A stretch of 32,000 nucleotides of DNA from Fastidiosibacter lacustris (lineage in GTDB: Bacteria > Pseudomonadota > Gammaproteobacteria > Francisellales > Francisellaceae), in assembly GCF_003428155.1 (NCBI RefSeq), contig NZ_QLIR01000004.1:94050-126049 (forward strand), in the 5' to 3' direction. A program made the translations under genes and the position numbers. Numbering within the stretch: position 1 is the first letter of the stretch; each line of letters starts with the position of its first letter. The notes under the pieces were generated by a model that was not told the origin of the DNA, searched no databases, and was given only the letters and a program-made list of their open reading frames with translations. Below, piece by piece: positions 25,343-32,000 of this stretch.

Positions 25343-26827
25343 ATGAAGAATATTAATTATTTCACTTTTTTAAACAATCGACTGTCAATTCAGAAATTTT
25401 TGAGTATTTGTCTTATTTTATTGATTACTTGTTCAATCTTTATTTTAGGGATTTTCAATTATTATAAAATGCGTCAACAAAATGAAGATTTGTTTAAAAT
25501 GCAGATGGTTAATAGTGCGAATGCAATTGATGCTTTGTTATCTGCAGCAGTAAAAGATAGTTCTAAGCGTCAACTTAGTGATTTGTTGAAATCTAATTCA
25601 TTGACCATGCTTGATAACATCGCTGATAACCTAAAGCCAAAAGTTGCGCAATTTGATAATGTTTATCAAGACTCATTTGCTTTTCAAGTTTATGATCGAC
25701 GCAATGGTAATCTATTGTTGCATTCTACTGGCTCGCCAGAGATGTCAACTTTTCAAAAAGGTACATTAGATACTTTTCAAACCATGAACTTAAAAACAGC
25801 AAAAGGTATGCAAGCATGGAATATGTTTAGTATCAATAGTCGTTACCAACCTTATCGTATTGTGGTTTTGGTGAGCTCTGACTTCAAGCATCAGATGTTT
25901 TTAAATCTATTTCGTAGTGCGATATGGGATTTAGTTATCTTGTACGTATTTTTATTGTTTTCGATATTTGTTATTGTGCAATTAGCCTTGCGTCCACTAT
26001 CGGATATTCGTCGTGCTATTGCGGTAAAAGATCCACGTAAACCGGAACCCATTGCCATTAAAACTGCACCACCTGAAGTGCTACCACTTTTAAATCAGCT
26101 GAATACTTTGTTTCAAAAAATTAGCAAGGTACTAGACCGTGAAAAGCGCTTTGCTAGTGATGCTGCACATGAGCTTAAAACACCGCTTGCTGCACTTAAA
26201 ACTCAGGCAGAAGTAGCTCTAAACTTAAATGATATAGATGAAATCAAAAAAAAGATTGCGAATATCATCAGTGGAGCAGATCGCTATTTTTATATTATTG
26301 ATCAACTTTTAACCTTAAGTCGCTTAGAACCACAACAAGACTTACCCAATAAACAGCAAGTCAATGCAAATATTGTAGCTGAGAATCAACTAGCAGATTT
26401 AGCGTTGTTAGCGCTGCATAAAAACATTGATTTACAATTTATGCCAAGCAAAGAGTCTGCCTATGTTTTTGCTAGCGAAGCACTACTTGGTGTCCTTTTT
26501 CGAAACCTCATTGATAATGCAATTCGCTATACGCAAGCCTCAGGTAAGGTGACCTTATATAGTTATGTCACTAAAGACACAGTGATTTTTGAAGTCGTCG
26601 ATAATGGCATAGGTATAGCAGAAGATAAGCAAAAAAGGATTTTTGATCGATTTTATCGAGAAGTCGGGACAGGTCAGGCTGGAAGTGGTTTAGGCTTATC
26701 AATTGCAAAGGAAATTGTGCGTTTACATGATGGTCAAATTAGTGCCCGCACATCAGAAGGTGGGCAGGGATTGACTCTAATGGTAAGCTTTCCTTATTGC
26801 AAGGTTACAACACTAATATCTACATAA
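25343..26827 (+). CDS. Two-component sensor histidine kinase (QseC/PhoQ-like topology: TM, periplasmic domain, TM, HAMP, HisKA, HATPase)
   Basis: H-box FASDAAHELKTPLAAL, N-box FRNLIDNAIRYT, G1 DNGIGI, F-box FDRFYR, G2 GSGLGLSIAKEI. Two hydrophobic spans flank a ~150-aa domain. Confidence 0.9.
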   Translation: MKNINYFTFLNNRLSIQKFLSICLILLITCSIFILGIFNYYKMRQQNEDLFKMQMVNSANAIDALLSAAVKDSSKRQLSDLLKSNSLTMLDNIADNLKPKVAQFDNVYQDSFAFQVYDRRNGNLLLHSTGSPEMSTFQKGTLDTFQTMNLKTAKGMQAWNMFSINSRYQPYRIVVLVSSDFKHQMFLNLFRSAIWDLVILYVFLLFSIFVIVQLALRPLSDIRRAIAVKDPRKPEPIAIKTAPPEVLPLLNQLNTLFQKISKVLDREKRFASDAAHELKTPLAALKTQAEVALNLNDIDEIKKKIANIISGADRYFYIIDQLLTLSRLEPQQDLPNKQQVNANIVAENQLADLALLALHKNIDLQFMPSKESAYVFASEALLGVLFRNLIDNAIRYTQASGKVTLYSYVTKDTVIFEVVDNGIGIAEDKQKRIFDRFYREVGTGQAGSGLGLSIAKEIVRLHDGQISARTSEGGQGLTLMVSFPYCKVTTLIST

Positions 26828-26960
26828 GGGCGAAGCGTTGGGCAAGTAGCAAGGGTCGCGTGTATGGGATGACGATAGACTTGGCTTAAGGTTGAAAGCA
26901 CTTATTAATCAATGTTAGGATGGTTTTTATGAATCAGGATAGAAAAGAGAAATAAGCACG

Positions 26961-27977
26961 ATGAAAAACACGAGTTTTAAGATTTGTGATGTTAATGTAT
27001 CTCCTGGGGAAAAAGCAACTTTGGCACTCCCATTACCAGAGCAGTATTCCTGTTCCCCGATGTATATGCCAATAAAAGTGATCAATGGACAACAAAAAGG
27101 TGAGTGCTTGTTGGTGTTTGCGATGACAGATGGCAATGAGTTTAACGGTTTGGAAATCGTTAACCAGTTGTTTGATGATATATCAGCGAATGAAATAGCA
27201 GGAACACTCATTACCATTCCAGTATTAAACGTTTATGGTTTAGCGCATTTTCCTGAGTTCACACCAAATGGTATGAAGCTAAGTGACTGGTTTCCAGGAG
27301 ATGAAAATGGTAATTTTGGTGAACGCATTGCACATGTATTCACTCATGAAATACTAAAAAAAGTGAATTATTGTATAGAGCTGCAAACTGGCTCACTTAA
27401 TCATGAAATTTTGCCGCAAGTATATTGTAATTTTGATAGTAAAGAAGCAAGAAAACTTGCTCGAGCTTTCCAAGCGCCCGTTATTACTGAAGTGGAAACA
27501 AAAATAAGTAGCCTAAGAATGACAGCAGAGAACCTAAACGTTCCAGTATTAGTATATGAAGCAGGTGAAGCCATGCGTTTTGATCAGCAAGCAATTCAAG
27601 TCGGTTTAGTGGGTGTGAAAAATGTTATGCGTACACTTAAAATGCTAGAGGGAGCAGTGAGTGAGAGTATTGCTTTAGTCTTCTCTAAGGATGATGATTG
27701 GATTATTTCCTCCTCATCTGGCGTGTTGCATAGCGATGTGTCTCTTGGTGAGTCGATTACAAAAGGAGAAAAAATTGGTAGACTGTCTGACCCATTTAGT
27801 AATGAAAATGCAACGATTATCAAATCCGACCTGGATGGTGTGATCGTTGGAATTAACCGTTCACCTTTGATACAGGAAGGCACGTCTATTTTTAAAGTTG
27901 CATCTTTCGTCGACAATGAAAAAGCCAAAGCCATATTGGAAGAATGGCAGGAGACAAAATTTGAGGGAGATGGGTAG
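26961..27977 (+). CDS. Succinylglutamate desuccinylase/aspartoacylase (AstE/AspA, M14-like) family protein with substituted predicted metal ligands
   Basis: Family layout: LLVFAMTDGNEFNGLEI (cf. HGxE block), AGTLITIPVLNVYG, WFPGDENGNFGERIAH (cf. NRxFPG...G...eRiA), NYCIELQTG (cf. iDLHtG), and a C-terminal beta-barrel-like segment. Confidence 0.65.
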   Translation: MKNTSFKICDVNVSPGEKATLALPLPEQYSCSPMYMPIKVINGQQKGECLLVFAMTDGNEFNGLEIVNQLFDDISANEIAGTLITIPVLNVYGLAHFPEFTPNGMKLSDWFPGDENGNFGERIAHVFTHEILKKVNYCIELQTGSLNHEILPQVYCNFDSKEARKLARAFQAPVITEVETKISSLRMTAENLNVPVLVYEAGEAMRFDQQAIQVGLVGVKNVMRTLKMLEGAVSESIALVFSKDDDWIISSSSGVLHSDVSLGESITKGEKIGRLSDPFSNENATIIKSDLDGVIVGINRSPLIQEGTSIFKVASFVDNEKAKAILEEWQETKFEGDG

Positions 27978-27982
27978 AGCAA

Positions 27983-29257
27983 ATGAATCATAATCAGAAA
28001 ATGAGCCTTATTGGCGTAATTATTTGGATTGTGTGTGCGTTATTTTTTATGTATGAGTTCTTGCTCAGAACGATCTTAGGAACCTTTGAACATACGATTG
28101 TTCAAGATTTAAATTTAAATTTGATAAGTTTTGCTATTTTAAGCTCAACAGCATATCAAATGGCATATGGTTTGATGCAGCTTCCTGTTGGTTTTATCAC
28201 TGATCGCTTTGGTCTTAAGAGAACCTTGTTTTTTGCAACAGTATTTTGCGCTTTTGCGGTGATTGGATTTGGCATGAGCTTAGGCTTTAATAGTGCTTTG
28301 ATTTTTCGAGTATTAATGGGTATCGGCTCTTCTTTTGGTTTTATCTGTTTGTTAGTTGCAGTTTATGACTGGATGCCGCGCCAACATATTGCTTTATGTA
28401 TTGGTCTATCACAATTTATCGGAACCATGGGTCCTATGCTTGCAGCCGGTCCTTTAAATGCTTTATCGACACACTCTGAACTCTCTTGGCGATTTATTTT
28501 TTATATGCTGGGGGTGGTGGGGCTTATCATTGCAATTATTGCGTTATTAATTGTTCGCAATAATAATGACTATACAGCCAGTTTCCGTATTTTAAAGCGC
28601 CCTGAGCCACTTACAAATAGTTTGTTATTGTTAGTGCGTGAACCACAGGTTTGGTATATTGCTCTTTATTCTTCGTGTGTTTACTTTGCAATTGAATATT
28701 TTTCTGAAAATAGTGGCAAGGCTTTTTTAATGTTAAATGGCTATAGTTCGACTATTTCTTCGTATATGCTGACAATATCGTGGTTAGGTTATGCAATTGG
28801 TTGCCCATTATTAGGATTCTTTTCAGATCGAATGAGTAAGCGTAAGCTTATTATGAATATTGCTGCAATTTGTGTTTTGTCCTCAGCAATTTTTATTACT
28901 TATTTCCCATTTAATACAGTTATTACCAGTATTGCATTTTTTTGTTTAGGGGTAGGTGCCAGTGGGCAAAGTATTGGTTTTGCGATTATGGCTGAGCAAT
29001 GCAATAATAATTACCTGGCTGCGGGATTAGGATTAAATAACGGTATGGTTATGTTGGTTACGTCATTAATGGCACCAGTTATTGGTGGTATGCTATCATG
29101 GCTAGCACAAGGGAATGAACTTAGCGTTCAGAATTATCAAACTGGATTCTTGTTGATTCTGATTTTGATGCTAAGCGCTCTCCTTATATCAGTTTTTTTA
29201 ATTAAAGAGACATTTTGTAAGTCAACCAAAGAAACAACAAAACTCCACTTGAAATGA
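27983..29257 (+). CDS. MFS transporter (12-TM)
   Basis: 424 aa. Has the MFS loop 2-3 motif GFITDRFGLKRT and repeated 6+6 hydrophobic spans. Confidence 0.85.
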   Translation: MNHNQKMSLIGVIIWIVCALFFMYEFLLRTILGTFEHTIVQDLNLNLISFAILSSTAYQMAYGLMQLPVGFITDRFGLKRTLFFATVFCAFAVIGFGMSLGFNSALIFRVLMGIGSSFGFICLLVAVYDWMPRQHIALCIGLSQFIGTMGPMLAAGPLNALSTHSELSWRFIFYMLGVVGLIIAIIALLIVRNNNDYTASFRILKRPEPLTNSLLLLVREPQVWYIALYSSCVYFAIEYFSENSGKAFLMLNGYSSTISSYMLTISWLGYAIGCPLLGFFSDRMSKRKLIMNIAAICVLSSAIFITYFPFNTVITSIAFFCLGVGASGQSIGFAIMAEQCNNNYLAAGLGLNNGMVMLVTSLMAPVIGGMLSWLAQGNELSVQNYQTGFLLILILMLSALLISVFLIKETFCKSTKETTKLHLK

Positions 29258-29679
29258 ATATCGATAAAATTGAAATTAAATCTTCACGCTTAAAAACTAT
29301 CTTGATTGCATTTCTGTTTATAAGTTGTGCACTTATGATTGTTGTACTTTTTCGGCATAGCCTTTTGTATTTAGCTCTGATATTATGGTGGATTGCACTT
29401 ATTGGTTTTTTGATCGATTGGCGTTATCGTCCAAGGATTAGTTGTCTGACTTTAACAGAGACACAATCACATAAAAAAATGAATATACTCTACGGTCAAA
29501 GCTGGATAAATGACGTGAGAATAAAGCGCTATTTGTTTTTGGCTGGTAACATTTACCTTGAATGTGAAATGGGGTTCAAAAACAAGTCTTGCAAAAAAGT
29601 AAGTATATGGTTGTTTAAAGATAATTTTTATTCTGCTCAAGATAATTATGCCTTGGTGAGGTTTTTAATGTTAAGTTAA
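29254..29679 (+). CDS. Small two-TM membrane protein, CptA/YgfX-like
   Basis: 141 aa. ATGA overlap with the MFS stop. SRLKTILIAFLF... and a second TM followed by DWRYRPR. The C-terminal VSIWLFKDNFYSAQDNYALVRFL parallels E. coli YgfX HLWLAADSMDEAEWRDLRRIL (from memory). Confidence 0.45.
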   Translation: MNIDKIEIKSSRLKTILIAFLFISCALMIVVLFRHSLLYLALILWWIALIGFLIDWRYRPRISCLTLTETQSHKKMNILYGQSWINDVRIKRYLFLAGNIYLECEMGFKNKSCKKVSIWLFKDNFYSAQDNYALVRFLMLS

Positions 29680-29774
29680 TTTCATTAACTGTAAGTTACT
29701 TATATGTTAATTTTATTTTAATTTAAATGAATTATTCTTAATAAATTAACATACAAAAAATTGTAATATCGTCG

Positions 29775-30539
29775 ATGAGTATTTTAAAAAGGTTTTTATT
29801 TTCAGCCTCATTGTTAATATTATCGAATTTCGTATTTGCTGATTCATATAGTCATATTACTATCAAAATTTATAATAATTCTTATGGCAACTTCGAAGTT
29901 GATCAACCACATTTTTATAATGGGCATTTAGATTCGAATCAACCAGAGAAAGGAAATGCATTAATGGCATTTTCTGCAACTTCGCCTGATGGTAGAGGTG
30001 GAAACAGCAGAGTATCTGGATTCATTAATATAACATTAAATGGATCAGTTGCATTTAGTTGCGATTTTAATAGGGATATTCATGCAAGCCCAGAGCATTT
30101 AGAAGTTAACTGTGATAAAAAGATATCTGATGAAACATATAAAATTAGTGTTGCGGGTGGTGGAAGCGGTGATATAACAATTAGTTACCCAGATACAATT
30201 ATTCCATTTCATTTTTATTCTCTTGGACTTGGTAATATTTCAATAATAGCTTGTTCAGAAAGTGCTACGTCATTAAATGATCACCTTTATCAAAACCCCT
30301 GTCAAGGTAATATAGAAGGGAAAAAAATTATGGTTCAATTTTCTAATACGCCCAACATATGTAGTTTTACTATAGACAAAGACATGAATTCGAATATAGA
30401 TTGTGGGAATGGTATTATTGCACGCTATATAAAAAGTAAAAGCACTATTCTTTTTTTATGTGAACAAAAAACTGCTGGTGGATCTTCTTGTCCTTGGATT
30501 GACCTTGTTAATAATAAATCTAATTTGAATTTTTTTTAA
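29775..30539 (+). CDS. Secreted Cys-rich protein of unknown function (signal peptide; possible aegerolysin-like beta-sandwich N-domain)
   Basis: Signal peptide MSILKRFLFSASLLILSNFVFA. The mature part has 10 Cys. No family was recognised with confidence. Confidence 0.6.
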   Translation: MSILKRFLFSASLLILSNFVFADSYSHITIKIYNNSYGNFEVDQPHFYNGHLDSNQPEKGNALMAFSATSPDGRGGNSRVSGFINITLNGSVAFSCDFNRDIHASPEHLEVNCDKKISDETYKISVAGGGSGDITISYPDTIIPFHFYSLGLGNISIIACSESATSLNDHLYQNPCQGNIEGKKIMVQFSNTPNICSFTIDKDMNSNIDCGNGIIARYIKSKSTILFLCEQKTAGGSSCPWIDLVNNKSNLNFF

Positions 30540-30591
30540 AAAATGGTTCTCTTGCAGACTCAAGAGTTGTTTACACATAGGGTGACAGTAA

Positions 30592-31334
30592 TACGTCGGT
30601 GAACCGGTAGTGACTTATGGCGGTGAGCGTGAATCGTTAATGGCAGGAGGATCAAGAATGCAAACTGCTAACGGCATAACTTACAATAATGCTGGTGTTG
30701 TTGATCAACAGCCTTTTGATTTTAGAAGTGGGCAAACGGTGTCAACGGGATTGTCGCAAACACAAGCTGACTTTGTACTGATGTTTATTTAAATTGGTAT
30801 CGAGAAAATGCAGCAAGCATTGATTTAAGAGCGCAAACTGAAATCAATAGCAATGATCAACGCTTTAATAACGGTAAAGATATAATTGATACTGAAAAAG
30901 AAGCCAATCATCGCCAAGTTGACAAAGAAAGCAGTATTAATCAAAGCAACCTTGAGTATGATATTCATCAAAGACGAGGAGAAACAATGCAATCGACGAT
31001 TAGCACCTATGATCAATTAAATCAAGCCACATTAGCAGAAATGCGTAGACTTGGTTTAACTGCTGATCAAGCGCCTGTGATTGATCAGCCTAAAAATCCA
31101 TTTGATTTTGAGCGTCCAGATATGATTAAAATAGATCAAACAAATCAAAAGGTTAATGAACAATCACAAGTCGTTTTAAATGAAAAAAATAAAATGGCAA
31201 ATGATGTACAACATAATGTTGATAGAGGTTTAATTTCAATCACAAAAGAATACAGAGATTTACATAATAAGGAGCGAACAGAAGAGAAAGATAAAATGCT
31301 TAAAAATCCAATGCTACCGCCATCATTGCAATAA
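30592..31334 (+). pseudogene. Probable frameshifted gene of unknown function: frame 1 open 30592-30792, continuing in the -1 frame open 30771-31334
   Basis: Manual translation. The frame of the 30987-31334 ORF stays open 72 codons upstream of its ATG (LCTDVYLNWYRENAASIDLRAQTEINSNDQRF...). It overlaps the end of the 30610-30792 ORF by 22 nt. There is no ATG near the 5' end (GTG 30610 or ATG 30640). Confidence 0.4.
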
Positions 31335-31349
31335 AAAGTATCAGTAGTT

Positions 31350-31646
31350 TTATAAAAATCTAAAATGACGAGACATATAGGCTTTGATTGTTGGCATACC
31401 TGCTTTGTAAGCAAAAAAGTAAGATAGTCCTATGGTTGAAAACCCAATTATAAAAAATGGGATTACAAAGCTACCAAAGCGGTCGTCTATCAAAATTGCT
31501 CCAAAAATTGATAACATAACGAAAACAAAACATAGTGCAGTGCCTATAGAAATCACAGCAAAATACCTAATCTGTATTAGTCTAGATATAATCTGACATT
31601 CATCTTGACTTAGATGAGGTTGCCTGTTTTGATAAACGTGAAACAA
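31350..31646 (-). CDS. Hypothetical two-TM membrane protein, possibly 5'-truncated or chimeric at the IS junction
   Basis: Two clear hydrophobic spans. The only start is TTG 31646, with no SD. The first ~11 codons overlap the inverted repeat preceding the transposase gene. Confidence 0.3.
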   Translation of the reverse strand: MFHVYQNRQPHLSQDECQIISRLIQIRYFAVISIGTALCFVFVMLSIFGAILIDDRFGSFVIPFFIIGFSTIGLSYFFAYKAGMPTIKAYMSRHFRFL

Positions 31647-32000
31647 AATAAATCAAAAACAGGAGCAACCTCATGTTGGATACTAATAATAAATTCATCA
31701 AAAATAAAGTCGGTTTGTTAAATTTAGCAGAGGAATTAGGAAATATTTCCAAAGCATGCAAAGTAATGGGTTTCTCACGTGAAACCTTTTATCGTTATCA
31801 AGAAGCGGTAAAAGATGGTGGTGTTGAAGCTTTACTGGATAAAAACAGACGTGTACCTAATTTCAAAAACCGCGTTGATGAAGTAATTGAAAAAGCCGTT
31901 ATTGAATATGCGATTGAATACCCTGCCTATGGACAACTACGTGCCAGTAATGAGTTAAGAAAACAAGGCATATTTGTTTCTCCTAGTGGCGTTCGCTCGA
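31614..32000 (+). mobile_element. Left part of an insertion sequence (IS481-like); exact left end undetermined
   Basis: Rests on the transposase gene above and the fold-back inverted repeat 31614-31630 / 31656-31674 around its SD and ATG. No terminal inverted repeat can be defined without the right end. Confidence 0.5.
31673..32000 (+). CDS. Transposase, N-terminal 109 aa (HTH region) of an IS481-like DDE transposase; continues beyond the window
   Basis: Not in the ORF track because there is no stop inside the window. AGGAG at 31661-31665 lies 7 nt before the ATG. Translation: MLDTNNKFIKNKVGLLNLAEELGNISKACKVMGFSRETFYRYQEAVKDGGVEALLDKNRRVPNFKNRVDEVIEKAVIEYAIEYPAYGQLRASNELRKQGIFVSPSGVRS. This matches the N-terminal pattern of proteins I recall being annotated as IS481-family. 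Confidence 0.75.
   Translation, partial: MLDTNNKFIKNKVGLLNLAEELGNISKACKVMGFSRETFYRYQEAVKDGGVEALLDKNRRVPNFKNRVDEVIEKAVIEYAIEYPAYGQLRASNELRKQGIFVSPSGVRS

Noticed and set aside
26929-26952. 7-codon upstream ORF (MNQDRKEK) with an AGGA SD just before the AstE-like gene, and the GC-rich stretch 26828-26890 as a possible riboswitch or sRNA
   Set aside because: I could not find any conserved riboswitch core or convincing extended pairing by eye. Tiny ORFs of this size are expected by chance. Noted only under the orphan-kinase finding.
30771-30792. Programmed -1 ribosomal frameshifting as an explanation for the split gene
   Set aside because: The 22-nt overlap (ctttgtactgatgtttatttaa) contains no canonical X-XXY-YYZ slippery heptamer, and I saw no obvious downstream stem-loop. 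A mutational frameshift is the simpler explanation.

Overview
AT-rich (roughly one-third G+C by eye) gammaproteobacterial chromosome segment. Gene content, gene relics and the DUF1566 expansion suggest a host-associated Legionellales/Thiotrichales-like organism; this is inference only. No rRNA, tRNA or CRISPR array was seen. Layout: (1) 1-3.1 kb: end of the atp operon (atpD', atpC), a convergent ACT-less aspartokinase-like gene preceded by a decayed relic of a metB/metC-family PLP enzyme, then ssb. (2) 3.1-6.2 kb: a VanX/DdpX-type D-Ala-D-Ala dipeptidase placed 2 nt after ssb, a SnoaL-like::LuxR-HTH regulator and a divergent POT-type peptide transporter. (3) 6.2-17.3 kb: an accessory-looking block. 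It holds a structured intergenic region, a SAM methyltransferase, a 2026-aa surface lipoprotein ending in two DUF1566/Lcl-C lectin-like modules, two free secreted DUF1566 paralogues, a DUF1016/YhcG PD-(D/E)xK nuclease and a mazEF pair. (4) 17.3-25.3 kb: housekeeping genes (pcm-like, tolC, yqhA, then an overlapping string sufE-hemD-hemX-hemY-gloB-mazG). (5) 25.3-32 kb: an orphan sensor kinase, an AstE/AspA-like protein whose predicted zinc ligands are substituted, an MFS transporter coupled to a CptA/YgfX-like membrane protein, a Cys-rich secreted protein, a frameshifted gene, a small membrane ORF and the 5' end of an IS481-like element that runs off the window. The best candidate for something undescribed is the DUF1566 cluster (anchored giant adhesin plus soluble copies of its own binding tip, with a near-perfect 309-bp internal duplication). 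The DUF1016-mazEF islet comes second. All family assignments come from motif recognition by eye. No database search was run.
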